Assembly (NCBI GenBank): GCA_024704765.1
Contig: JAKMXF010000327.1
Span: 265,360-329,359 of the forward strand
Source of the DNA: Oopsacas minuta
Lineage: Eukaryota > Animalia > Porifera
Direction: 5' to 3'
DNA length: 64,000 nucleotides
Shown: positions 1-12,724 of the stretch, one piece after another
Numbering within the stretch: position 1 is the first letter of the stretch
Layout of the letters: each line of letters begins with the position of its first letter
Notes under the pieces: model-generated
Database searches by the model: none
The model's input: only the letters and a program-made list of their open reading frames with translations
What the model was told of the DNA's origin: nothing
Program-made: the position numbers and the translations under genes

Positions 1-157
1 GTTTACTGAGCTAACTAATACTATTACATAGTATAGTGGCTCAGTTCAAAAATGGTATAAGTGCAAATATAAGTAAGAAGGGCACTCGAAAAAGTTCTGT
101 CGTTTGTTATCAAATCTCAAATATTTTCTAGTAAGCTTATTCTACATCTATTTAGAT

Positions 158-613
158 CAGGGGTGGGCAAACTTCTTTCTGCGAGGGCCGCATTCTAATT
201 CTAAATATTTATGCGGGCCGTATTAGGCTACGACTACGTTCCATGTTATAATTTTTATAGAAACTCTATTAGCTAATTGTAATATAAACAATAATTACGA
301 TATACATAATAATTTACTATTATTGATTAACTAGAGCAATGCAGCTGATTCTTGAAATTTTCGAAGCCGTACCAAGATACAGTACTAGTAATACAAACTA
401 AAAACGAATTCATTAATAGGTCAGGAAGATATTGCGGAAAGTTCACTTTATGTCAATTTATGCATCTATATCACTTAATCAAATTTTCTATGGGACCAAA
501 TTTCCGAATGCGTAAGGAAGGGTAAGACAGTGATCAATTAATTTGAGTACTCAAATAAATTAAGCCAGGCGGGCGGTTCAAAAACGCAAGCGGACGTAGT
601 TTGCCCATCCTTG
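158..613. mobile_element. Non-autonomous hAT (Charlie/Buster-type) MITE
   Basis: TIR CAGGGGTGGGCAAACT / AGTTTGCCCATCCTTG (2 mismatches); 8-bp TSD ATTTAGAT (150-157) / CTTTAGAT (614-621). Confidence 0.85.
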
Positions 614-1099
614 CTTTAGATGTATATTATTTAGCTACACAACAAATTTCATTTGTTTATCTTTTGTACTTTTCGCATTGCTGATTTCTAAAAGCTTTGG
701 CTTGTATGATTCCCCAACCAGAATTTGACCTCACGAGACACGATTTTAGAGCGATGGTTTAGTGATTAGCGGACATTTCGTTCCCTGGACATTTCGTTCC
801 GGACATTTCGTTCCCTTGACATATCGTTCCTGGACATTTCTTGAAGGAAGATTTTTCCTTTTCAAATTGTAGGGTTGATTTCATAACATTGGAATTAGAT
901 TTCAATAAACAGTTATTACTATTACGCCTAGCCTATTGTTGGCAGGTTATTGTTCTTTTCGGAACAAATTAATTTTGTTCTAAGGTATCAAATTGCGTAA
1001 ATTGATTGCATTGTATAAATAGAACATAGCACATGGAATTTTATATGCACTACAATTCCCATGGCCACTTTAAATGTTGTGATTGAAATTCTGGAATCA

Positions 1100-3810
1100 G
1101 TTAGAGGCAAAGCAAAGGCTTAGATAGATGGTTCTTTGTATACTATAACTAAGTCTTGTTATCCATACTTACATTGGCTCTGTGAAAAACGTGCAACCAG
1201 TAAAGCCCGTATTTCTACCAAAAGGGAGTTGTGATAAAACCTGAGAGCAGATCTGATATCTACTCATCTCACACCCATGGACCAAATCCTGTGCGAGGTG
1301 AGATGATTAAAGGCATCACTCAAATGAAAGAGCGCGCATTGAATTCTGAAACCAGCACGAAGTCCATACTTGCTGGTGGATTAGGATCAATGAATGAGTC
1401 AACTATAGCATCACCACCAAAATTTGATTCAATATAACGGACAATCCGTCGACCAGATCCAGCAGTGAGAATTTTGATAACTCTGCTACGGCTACAGAAA
1501 TTATAATCCCTGAAAAATATAAATTAAACTCAAAAGGATAGCAGTTCTTACTATATGATTCAGGTATACATGAGACCAACAGACTGCTAGTATTTGGTAC
1601 TCATCGAATGCTCAACCTTTCACGGGACACAAGTAATTGGTATGCAGATGGTACATTCAAAGTTGTTCCCATTCAATTGTTTCCAGTTATACACAATTCA
1701 TTGCGAGAAAGATGGATACATCATTCCATGCATATATGCACTGATGTTAAACAAGCTTCAATCTACATACGATAAACTACTAGGGCGTTCAATAAGTCTT
1801 GCGGGTGATATCATAGAATATGATTCAAACACTATACACACTAATTCACTATATTATTTATTCAATGTAATCCCCTCCTGCAGATACACAAAGTTTTAAC
1901 CTTTCCACCCACTTGTAAAACACATTTCTTTACTCTTCTTCGGGGATGGATTTGAAGTACTGGTACAGGCCCGTTCCGAGTGCTTGTAATGTGTTAAAAT
2001 CTTTGCCTTGAAGGTAGATTTTAAGATTGGGGAATAACCAAAGATCACACGGAGCTAGGTCTGGTGAGTATGGTGGATGGAGAAGTAATTCTAACCCTTC
2101 TACATCCAAGAAATTTTTGCTAAGCTTAGCTGTATGGGAACTGGCGTTATCAATTAAAATCTTCATTCCTCGAGTTCCGGTTTTCGGGCGGTACTATTCT
2201 ATATTTATTATCAAATTTGGAAGCACTTGCTTTGTAAAGAAAGTAGCAGTAACAGCCTTGCCACACTCACAAGGTAATTGCAAGACAAATCCATGACTAC
2301 TAAAGAAGATGGTGTACATAATCATAGGTTTTCTGAAGTCGGGCCTAGGAATTTTCGCCGGTTATTCGTCGCCCCTCACCCATGATCGCTTCTTATACTC
2401 GCTATATGGTGTTGAATAGTACACCCACGTCTCGTCGCCAGTAATAATCTCTGTTAGGCGTCTAGAATCGCAGTTGTCATAGGTTTCCAAGAGTTTCTTG
2501 GCAATATTCAGTCGTGCCAACCTTTGATTCTCACTGAGCATATGCGGACCCATTTCCTACAAATCGATCGGTAGCCAAGCTCAGTCGTCAGAATTGTATG
2601 AATTGCACCCGATAAAATCACCATACTTTGTTCTAACTGATTGACAGTAATGCACTTGTCTTCCATGACCATGCTTTCAATGAGTGCGATATTCTCTGAA
2701 GTGGTAGCGGATACCGGTCATCCAGATCGAGGCAAATCTGTGACATCAGCATCACCAGATCTAAAACGGGCAACCCATCGCTCTACAGTAGATCTGGAAG
2801 GGCAATCCACGCACAATATCTCCTGTAACTCGCTGAAGATCTATACGGGCTGGATCTTGAGTATTGTGCGAAACTCTATGTGAGCTCGCCATTTGAGGTT
2901 GAAATTATCATCCTTTGAATTCATAAATTCAACAATGAGTATCAATTGACTACACGTAACTATCTTAAAAATTCATAAATTGTATTGAATAAGCTTGAAA
3001 CTTCAGTATATGGAATTTAACTTTATGGGCTTATAATATATGAAAGTTAGATATATTACTTGACCATTTCCTAAGATATATCATGACCCGCAAGACTTAT
3101 TGAACGCCCTGATCCTCAAAAAATTTATAAGAGATCGAACCTGAATTAGGTCCGTCATCCATTATGGTAGATTTCGAAAAAGCTTCAATCAATGCTCTAG
3201 AAGAAAATTTCTTAGCTGTTATATTTGGTTGTTTTTCTTATCTGTCGCAGAGAATTTATCTTCAGATACAGTCGATAGGATTGGCTACACTATATCTCGA
3301 AGATGAGAAATTAGAAGTAAAAAATGAAGATGTTAGTAAGTCTAGCTTTTGTGCCGGAATTTGAAGTCATTGATTGCTTCACAATATTGATGGGTAATTT
3401 TCTGGAATCAGGTAAGGAGGTAGCTGATTATTTTGAAGTTAATTACATCGGGAAGAGACGTGAAGATCAAAGTAGACGAATACTAGGCTTTCAAATTCGA
3501 ATATGGAATATGTTTACACGAGTACGATCCAGAATACTCCGAACAAACAATTCAGTCGAAGGATGGCATAGTGCCTTTAAATCAGGAATCACTTGTTCAC
3601 ACCAAAGTTTTGTAAAGCTCTTAATGCACTTGCAACGTGAGCAATCTCTACAGGAGGCAACTCTAGTCAGGTAGGAGATTGGTGAAGTGCCAAGAACTTC
3701 AAAGCACAGTGAATCTAGAAATCTCAGAATCCTGAGACTAATTGAAGACTACGAGAATAGAGAGATTCTAACATATCTAAGAGGAATGGCGCATAACTTT
3801 GATTTCTAAT
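1100..3810 (+). pseudogene. FLYWCH-MULE transposase pseudogene, split by mariner B
   Basis: LHWLCEKRATSKARI..HTHGP (FLYWCH-like); WYADGTFKVVP in a shifted frame near 1640; IMVDFEKASINA; RTNNSVEGWHSAF. Multiple frameshifts and stops. Confidence 0.85.
1782..3110 (-). mobile_element. Mariner element B (DD34D) with transposase pseudogene 2924->1858
   Basis: 25-bp TIR AGGGCGTTCAATAAGTCTTGCGGGT at 1782-1806 and 3086-3110; motifs ITGDETWVYY, LIDNASSH, HPPYSPDLAPCD; in-frame stops. Confidence 0.9.
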
Positions 3811-5039
3811 ATGAACATTACACTTATTTTACATTAATACTTCACGCCTTGTCTTAATTTACAAATTATAAGATCATTAAATGAACATATTCTCTCATTA
3901 CTTTATTAAAATTCTTGAGTATTGGATACGTAATTGGCAGCGTAATATCTAGGCAACGAAATGTTCAGGGAACCAAATGTCCGGGAACCAAAAGTCCAGG
4001 GAACCAAATGTCCAGGAACCAAATGTCCGTTTCCCGATTTTAATTTCTTTCAAACTTGAGAGCCTTTTGGAAATACACGAAACTTTGCAGAAACACTTTT
4101 CAAATATAGCTCCTTGTTTGAGAACAATAGAGCGATGGTACTGAAAGTATATTCATGGGAATGTAATTCTTGAAAATGGTCCCCTCCTGGTAGGCCCAGT
4201 ATTACACACACGGTCGAAAATGTAGAGTTAGTGTTGGGCGAAGTAACAAAAGACCCTCATGTTACTTACGCTCAGTTAGAACATAAAGCCAAATTGTCAT
4301 CAGGAAAACTTCATTATACACAAAGAGCTCTGTCTTAGAAAATTTGTGCACGTTGGATCTCGCATTCTTTGTCGTTCGTTCAGAAAAAGTGCCGAGTGGA
4401 CTTTGCAAAATTTTGCTTAAAAGATTTGCTAATGGATCTTCTAGAGCTGTTTCTGAAATACTCACAGGCGATGAGACATGGATATACCACTATGACCCTG
4501 AAACGAAGAGACAATCTAAGCAGTGGGTCGAAGAAGGTGATTTACCTCCAACGATGTTCCGGAGATTTAGATCAGTCGGAAAGTAGATGTGGGCGATTTC
4601 TTTATACGTAGTGGATTGTTGAAGGAATTGCACTTAATGATAGGAAAACAGTTACCGCTGATTGGTATCAGACCCGCCGAACACAGTCGGGTCGGTCGGG
4701 CCATGGCCCGACCAATAATTTTGGCCTAGAATATTTTTTTGCGGAGTTATCGCTAGAGAGGATCGAGGATAGAAAGCGAGTATTTTCATGTCGGTATTTT
4801 GTATGACTTAATTAGAAATGACCCATTAGTGTTTATCTACATTTTGCTTGTTAGGTACTAGTACATAGTAATAGTTATATAATTTATAACTATCTACTAG
4901 CAGCTGCTAATAGTGGAGTTTTCGTATCTGTGTTGTGTCTAGCTATAATATCACTATCCTAATTATTTACACTACATTCCTAACAATCCCTTACCATTTC
5001 TTTACTACTAACATAAGTGCTGGTAGGGTAGCTTGCGTT

Positions 5040-5790
5040 CTCTTTGTTCATGATGGAATAGAATGTAGACTCTTGGATGGAATGCGATATGCCCTGCAGT
5101 ACTGACAACGCCACAACTTTCAAGAGCTCGTTCTGTATATCGTGTGAAACATACTTGTTGGTCTTCTTCTCGAGCCACTCAGCAAGACGAGGATCATCTC
5201 TTGCGCGCAGTTTCATGAGTTGCATGAAGTTCGAGTCCGTATCATAGTCTCCGCGCAGCGGTAACCCTTGCCCAGTTAAAAACTTGAGATTAGAAATAAT
5301 CTTCAAAGGACACTTTCTGTTGTCTTTCTTTTGCTGAGAATGCGAGGATGAAAGCATTTCCCCAACATCACAGCAAGAACGAGGTATAATAATTGACAAC
5401 TCAACTGCTTCCTTGTTATAATCTGATGACGCGTGCTTTTTGAAAACGATCTTTGCGACCTTCCAGTACAATGTCCCTTCTGCGTGAACGATGGGTCGGA
5501 TTTCTTGGCAGTCAATTTCTTCTTTGAAGCGACTTCACGCACAGGTGGCAGAAAACAACATCTTTCTCAATGTCGTAGGTCAACCAAAGCCAAATTTCGA
5601 AATAATCTGCTTGACAGAGTCTCATCCTCTGATTGGCTATCCCGAAAGCTCTCTTCGGAAAGCTGAAGGAGGAGCCAGGAGGAATTGGCTTTTCTGGCAA
5701 TTCAGGAAGAAATGAATGCGCGGACTGTGTGATGAGTGCACGGATGCTTCTAATATGGAGTAGCTGGTCATTACTTTCGCGGGATTGGAA
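5040..5790 (-). pseudogene. Inverted N-terminal part (TTF-type Zn finger / DUF4371-like region) of the surrounding hAT transposase
   Basis: WLWLTYDIEKDVVFCHLC, GQGLPLRGD, YVSHDIQNELL and ESTFYSIM are on the minus strand, while the downstream catalytic core (from 5799) is on the plus strand. Confidence 0.8.
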
Positions 5791-6333
5791 ACAGCTCCTT
5801 GGAGGTCCATGAAGATGTAATTGGCTTGCACGCAATCAATGACATTTTCGCTGCAACCATTGTCAAGGTTCTCAAAGATGAGTTAGTCCGAAGGAACTTA
5901 GGACTGAATAAGTGCAGAGGCCAGTGCTACGATGGTGCCAGCAATATGAGTGGACTAAGAGTGGTGTCGCAAAGCAGTTGCGTGATGAGGAACCACATGC
6001 ACTTTATCTACATTATCATGGCTATGCTTTAAATCTTGCAGCTGGCGATGCTATCAAAAGGTGTAAAAATTCCAAAGATGCACTAGATGTTGCCTTTGAG
6101 ATTTCAAAGTTGTCGAAATTCTCGCCCAAGAGAACAGCAAAACTGGAGAAGCTGAGGGGGGAACTTGCTCTCGATTCACCAGGCTTCCGAGTGTTGTGCC
6201 CTACTCGCTTGACAGTTCGTGGGGCTTCCCTAAAGTCGCACATTTCCAATTATGATGCTTTAAAGCAATTATGGGAGACTATGAGGGATTCCACTTCCGA
6301 TCCAACTATCAAGGGGGAATCGTTGGTGTTCAA

Positions 6334-9300
6334 TAGGGCGAACTGAAAATGTAAAGATTTCATTTCTATGCTGGAACTATAATATTATAGTTTGAATTAT
6401 GTTAGTTATTAATTCTGCAAATTTTGAGGTCATTTGGAATACCCCTTCCTTAACTGTTTATTCATTTGTACCTTGTCTTAATAGTGCTTACTCATGGCCA
6501 TAAGGAAATTAACTCAAATATGATACAGGAATCCATTATACTAGTTTTGTTAATTTGAATTCACCACAAATTCAAAATAAACTAAACCACAAAATATGTA
6601 TAGTTTGGGAGGGATTGCATTAATCACATATACTGTTAAAGCAAATAACTGGTAAGCAAGAACTTACAAATGAGCGAAATTTCCAAGAATGTTTGCAAAT
6701 ATTAGAACAACCAATGTATTATAATCCCAAAATGAAATTCACTTCATTTAGAAAAGTTATATGGTGTTAAATTATAGATGGGGATGTTTATTTGCGTTCT
6801 GTCCGACTCTAGCAAATAAAACTGGTAAGCAAGAACTATTGCAAGTGAGCTGAAATTTTCCAAGAAAGTTTGGGTCCTTCCGATTCGGGACGTAAAATAG
6901 GTTGCAACTACACTAATTCTCATGCAAATTAAGCCATCATCTCAAAGCGGAGATGCGAAAGATGAAATCTTGGGATCCCAATTTCCTCGCTTCGGAAGGT
7001 TCTACTGTAGTTAGAATTTCTTCAAATCATTCGTTGTATAATTCATTAGAAAATACAACTTCAAATACAATCAAACTATGTTTAAGAATTGGCTTTCGGG
7101 ACTTAAGAGAAATGAAAACAAAAATCTTGTTTCGAATCAGTATAGGGCATAAGTCTTGATTTTAGTCTCTGACGGGTGAGTCCATCACGGTTTCTTCAAC
7201 ACAAACACTCTTAGATGCCTCGGTCACAACTTTTACTGCTCGTTCAACCGGTTGGTTGTGACACATATAATTAACTATGGAAAGAAGGGTATCGTAAATG
7301 TCTTTTAAGTCGATTTCTGTCATATTCAGTAATAAGGGCGGCTCACTGATGACATTGATATCCCAGGTAAACAATTCGGTATATAGTTGTGCTCTAAAGT
7401 GTCATTTTGGGACTTGAAAGGTCTAATATATTTTGGCAGTACAGTTTCATTAGTGCTAATAAGTTTTCCACAAAATATCAACCCTTGACAAATCATCCTT
7501 ACCACCCACTTCCAAACTAAGTTGATTATCTCGCAAATCCAATAAACGTTTCACAGCTTCAATTCGTATCCTAGGTTCATCATCGCATAACATAGATATA
7601 AAACATTTTCTGGATGTGAAAAGAAAGCATTTCTTTGACATACTTTCTTCGCTGCCTATAGTTCAGTGGGACTCAAGTATGTAAGGTGCTCAAGCATCCA
7701 CAACAATTTTTTAGTCCGTCTGTAAATTTATAATGATTTTTAATATAAATCCAGGATGGTGTATATAATTTATTCACAATAATCATAAGTCGTTTCACCT
7801 CGTAAATGGTTTTATTGTTGACATATACACGCGGATAATTCTACATACCAGGGTAAGCCATCTGGAATGACAAATTGAATCTGGTTCGAGTAGCTCTAGA
7901 TCCTCTGGACAATTACCTCGTAAACATGCTTGGAAAATCCTATAGAGATAACTTTGATCAGTGCTAAGATCGTCTATCAGTTCTTTTGCCATCTCAGGGA
8001 ACTCATTATAAATTATTGGCTCAAACTTTACTACAGGAATCTTAGAGTTTTTTTTCAGTGATTAGCCGATTGGCCCACTAAATGAATTCGGCCCGCTAGT
8101 TTTCCCGTCAAAACATTCAAACAAGTGTCTCAGGGGCAGTTCATTAGTTGGAGCAGACAAACCGCCCATTGTAATTCTCTACCAAGCATTCTTTCCAAGT
8201 TAACAATAGACCCATTCTTCCAACTTACATTTACATTTGTATCATCACAACCTACTACTAGAATTGCTCTTTCTCAATCCTTTTTTTGGAGATGGGAATA
8301 TATTGATGAAGCAATATTGATTCCTTGGCCAGATTCAGGAGTTGTATGGAAAAGATACCTACTCTTTTGATCAATCACAACAATATGTTCCTCAACTGAT
8401 GTTTGAGTGCGACGTTTACCATTGATGGTTATATTTGAAAGTGTTTATCGTGCTTTATCGTGCTTTCCATCAAAATAGATACCTGTAACACCAATTACTT
8501 CTACCATTTATTTGTGTTGTATTTGATTTCTATACTTTTGGCGTGCTCTTGCCACCTTATTCTTGTCAGCACAAGACTTTGATCTTCTGGTGGTATAAGT
8601 CTGAAATCTATTAGAGTGGCTGTAGCAATCGTAGCTGTAGCTCGATTAGTACCTCCATATCCATCGGCAGCCATAGCTATAGTTGGGATTGTCTGTGTAT
8701 TTCGAAGTGATAATGATTTTGACAAAGGTTTAGAATTCGTATCAACATGTTCAACATTGTTCTGAGTATCAGTTTCTTCTATATCCTCAATTTGGAAATA
8801 GTTGTACGACTTGGCATCAACTTTCTCTTTCTTTATTTTGAATTCAATTCTTTCTATGAGGGAAATTTTCTTTGCTCTATTTTCGACAATATCGTTGAGG
8901 TGTGGATATCAATACCGCCTATGTACATCTTCCTGTCGGTTCTCTGGTCAAAGAGAAATGATAACTCTCGTCTAGGCACTTTGTGTGCACAACCACAAAG
9001 GAGATGAATCTTGCCACAAGGTAAGTTATAACACTTAACATCATCGCAATTGATACGTTTACATTTGCATTAGCAATTATCAAAAAGGAAATCTAAGCGG
9101 TCAGATACAAATTCTTCATAATTCTTATGAGTTTTCTTCGTTCCTCAGGAGTACAACGAATAATGTTAGTTGCTTCAGACTAGAGAGCCTACATAGCTTT
9201 AACGACACCCTTTTTAGATATAGTGAGCAAAGATGCACGTTTCCAATACCACATCGGGCAATATTTTCCTCGCCCTTCCAATCCTATCCACCTAACTGAT

Positions 9301-9862
9301 CTGCGACCCCACTAACTTTCTCTATGATATATGGAATAGAAGCAAATCTACCGTTGGGATTAATCCGTGATCTTCTTGATCTTGTTTACACTTAAAATAT
9401 ATATTTACATATATCTCTCCCTGTTGGAAGCTAATTAACAGGCAATACCGCTGGGGATCAAAATTGGATGTGTCTGTGTTGACGTGTCCTATTTGGTGCA
9501 TATGCCATATAAATTATGAAGATATAGAACTAAATTAGGGCAATAATAAAGCTATAATAAGTATAAAAACAGCATCAATCTGAAAAGTAGTAAATTTTGT
9601 AATGTAATCACAACAATTATAGTTCACTACAAAGTGTATATCAAGTCTCATAAATATAATTGGGATTCCTGTATCATATTTGAGTCAATTTCCTTATGAG
9701 TAAGAGTATGCACTATTAAGACAGGTACAAAATGAATGGACTGCTAAGGAAGGGGTATTTCAACTGAGCTCAAAATTTGCAGAAGTATTAACAAACATAA
9801 TACAAACAATAATATTATAGTTCCAGTATAGAAATCAGTTCTTTATATTTCAGTTCGCCCTA
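6334..9862 (-). mobile_element. Divergent hAT (hATm-like) with degenerate transposase ~9330->7000
   Basis: 15-bp TIR TAGGGCGAACTGAAA; 8-bp TSD GTGTTCAA / CTGTTCAA. Removing it restores the host hAT reading (GRIVGVQ|SQFNNF). Motifs FLFDQRTDRKMYIGGID, ICHSRWLT, CHNQPVERAVKVVTEAS. Confidence 0.8.
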
Positions 9863-12724
9863 CTGTTCAATCCCAATTTAACAACTTTCCTTTTTCTTTG
9901 GAGTAAACCTTGCAGAGCTAGTTCTAAAACACACTGACAATTTGAGTAGGACCCTCCAATCAACAGCCATATCTGCCTCCGAAGGAGCCAACATCGCCGC
10001 CATGACAGTGACAACACTGAGATCACTTCGCACTGATGACCACTCCACTGGCTTTTGGGATCATTTGATCAATGCTCAGCAAGATCTGAATGTGTGTGAG
10101 TCTAAGCTTCCAAGAAGGAGGAAAGTACCCAAGCGGTATGATGATGGTACACCAGTTGATTTTCCCGATGATTGCCAGACACACTATCGTCAGTCTTAAT
10201 TTGAGTCCCTTGACCTGGTAATCAAAGCTATAGAGGACAGGTTTGATCAGCCTGACTACAATTTATATAGACGTTTGTAGGAACTTCTCACTCACACTAT
10301 CCTCGGAGAGATCACGTAGGAATATTTCGACTTCGTAGCCAACTTCTACCTTGATGATTTCGACACTTCTCAGCTCCTCCGGCTGCATCTCGAAATTTCG
10401 AGCAACATTCCCTGACAAGCTTGAGTCTCAAACAGTGTCCTTTCACGATATTATGAGATACATCCAGAGCTTATCAGAGGCAGAGCGTTCCTTGATAAGT
10501 GAGGTTGTCACTCTGTTGAAACTGGTTCTGGTTCTTCCATCAACGAATGCTGTCAGCAAGTGGTCATTTAGTGCCATGGGGCTTCTGAAGACTTATCTGC
10601 GAACTATAATGAAGCAGGAGCGAGTGAACCATTTGATGCTATTGCATGTCCTCAAGGATCACAATGACAACTTCTCATGTGTTGAAGTGGCTAACTCCTT
10701 CATCTGTAATTAAGAGCACCGTCTCACATGTCTTTGGACACTTCCACTCATAAGATTGTTTCCCATGTGCGTTACCAACCAGTACGAATGTTTTTAGGCA
10801 ATATATTTTAGTTTAATTAGAGTTTATGAGTTCTATACTAGTAGCTAACTGCGATGACGCGTTAAATCTGGTCCGACCAATTCAAAATTGCTTCCTCCGG
10901 ACCTGGGTATACAACAATATGTCTTCCGAAAGTATTCAGTGCTATAGAAAATCAACGTGAGAAGTCAGGCGTCAGAGGAATCCTGCTTCACCACGATAGT
11001 TCTTTATCGCACACAGCACGAGGAACTCGTGAGCTTTTAGAGAATTCTAGGATCGGACGCTGCCCACCCACCCTACAGTCCAGACCTAGCCCCTTGCCAT
11101 TTTTGGTTATTCCCAAAGCTGAAAGATCAACTCCATGGGAGGAGATTTTTTATTAATGAAGAGTTGACCGGGACACTTCCGTAGCTATTGAGATGATACC
11201 CAAAGAGGAATGGTAAATGTGTTTTGATACCTGGTTAACGCATGAAAAGTGTAAAGAGTGTCGACAAGTATTTCAATAATATGACCATATAAATGTAATA
11301 CCAATTATGTATGTATGTAAACCACAAACCATTCGAGTGCCCTCGTATATGTAACTATATATGGTCACTCTACTGTTCACACTTTTAGAGAATAAGACAC
11401 CAAATTGGGCTCGTGTACTCACAGTAATATCTAGTTGTGCGCCAGACATTTGAAAAATTTCCTATCTTTATATTTTCACCATGACACCCCGTATTTAGCC
11501 AAATTGGATTGTAGGGTTTTACAATTAGGCATAAATACATAAACTTAGTTCTGGTGGAGTATATGCACTTTAATTTGCACTGTAATGAATTTGAATTGAG
11601 TAGACTGCAATTCTATTGCCCAATTCATCCTATTAAATATAAGTATACACACTGATCAATTATCCACTGAAATAAATTTTGTACAAATTTAGGTTGGCAA
11701 GACGGTGATTTGAGATTTTGATATGATATATTTGGCCAAAGTGACGTAATCATAAATATGTCCCTCCATTTGTCATTTAATATTTGCACAGTAATCCCTG
11801 GATTTGGAGATTTCATATCTTTGAAATCTCCAAATATGACTTCCTAATTCCTATACAAGTATATATTTCTAGTGTCCAGCATTAGCGGACTAGTATTGTA
11901 CTATTCTGCATACGCGAATTTCACCGTACAACGAAGTTGAAAGTACAAGAATTTTAGAAGCCCGTGGCTGGGAGAAAAATTCTTACTCCAGGGGACATCT
12001 ACTATCTCTATTCTAATATAATATCAGCTTCTTTAGGTGTCTTTACTCTGAGATTTCCGTTTAAAGTTTTGCTATTTTGTTACACTATATTTCGCTATAC
12101 AGGTCTAGTATCTCTCAAACATTCAACCATTCTTTCATTTTGTTAGTGTAATCCTTTGGTTCTTATAGGTGGTATATAGGTAGGGTTTCATTGGGAGGAC
12201 CTCCCCAAATTTCGGGGGTCTTCTCCAAACATATCTATATAGTATATTCATTTTGTTCAAGCAAGTTGAGGCAAGACCCTTTAACTTCAGGGGGACTCCT
12301 CAAAATGTATTATTTGAAATGAATATAGGTTTATAGCGCAATAACAATCAACAACGATCCAACAAAGGGATTTCTGTCCATGAAAATGTTGCTAGAGTAG
12401 ATAATGGATATAGTAACATTTTCGCGGCGTTTCTATCTAAAATAGCTTCCGGCAATACCAGTGGCGGATCCAGGAATCTCTGGCGGGGATATCAACCCAG
12501 CTGGGGGTCTGGGGTGCGAAGCCCCTGGCCACCCAACTAACTACAATTCATGTGTATTTTATTCTATTCTCACCGATGGAATGTCTTTCCTATATTCCAC
12601 TTGTATCCAGTTTAGATTACTACATTTAATCTATATCATCTAATAGCGTATGCACGTATATAGAATATCTGTTAAATTATTCATTCAGTTTAAAATATAA
12701 AAATCTAAAACCTAAATTACGAAA

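Larger units (their letters stand above)
764..4035 (+). mobile_element. Mutator/MULE element A with subrepeat-built TIRs
   Basis: Inverted arrays of ~15-bp units: GGACATTTCGTTCC(C)T at 770-840 and GGAACCAAATGTCC at ~3955-4030. It interrupts the mariner A coding sequence. TSD not recoverable. Confidence 0.8.
4669..10905 (+). mobile_element. hAT element (ZMYM1/PRKRIR-like transposase; hAT5-like), rearranged and interrupted
   Basis: Imperfect TIRs CAGACCCGCCGAAAC / CAGGTCCGGAGGAAGC; GGTAT duplicated at 4664-4668 and 10906-10910. Transposase remnants CRGQCYDGASNMSG (5.9 kb) and LVLPSTNAVS..SFSAM..LKTYLRT (10.5 kb). Confidence 0.8.
76..11345 (+). mobile_element. Mariner (DD34D-type) element A, outermost host of a nested cluster; transposase pseudogene in pieces ~716-763, 4036-4668, 10911-11270
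   Basis: Right end ...TTCGAGTGCCCTCG+TA (11345-11347) matches a degenerate left end GAAGGGCACTCGAA (~77-90). Pieces read EFDLTRHDFRAMV / ILTGDETWIYHYDPETKRQSKQW / TVTADWY|TTICLPKVF / LPHPPYSPDLAPC. Removing the inserts leaves ~1.29 kb. Confidence 0.8.

Noticed and set aside
770-840. Short repeat arrays here and at 3955-4030, 56123-56220 and 63020-63117 as CRISPR arrays
   Set aside because: The units are contiguous with no unique spacers, occur as inverted pairs bounding MULE transposases, and there are no cas genes; the context is eukaryotic.
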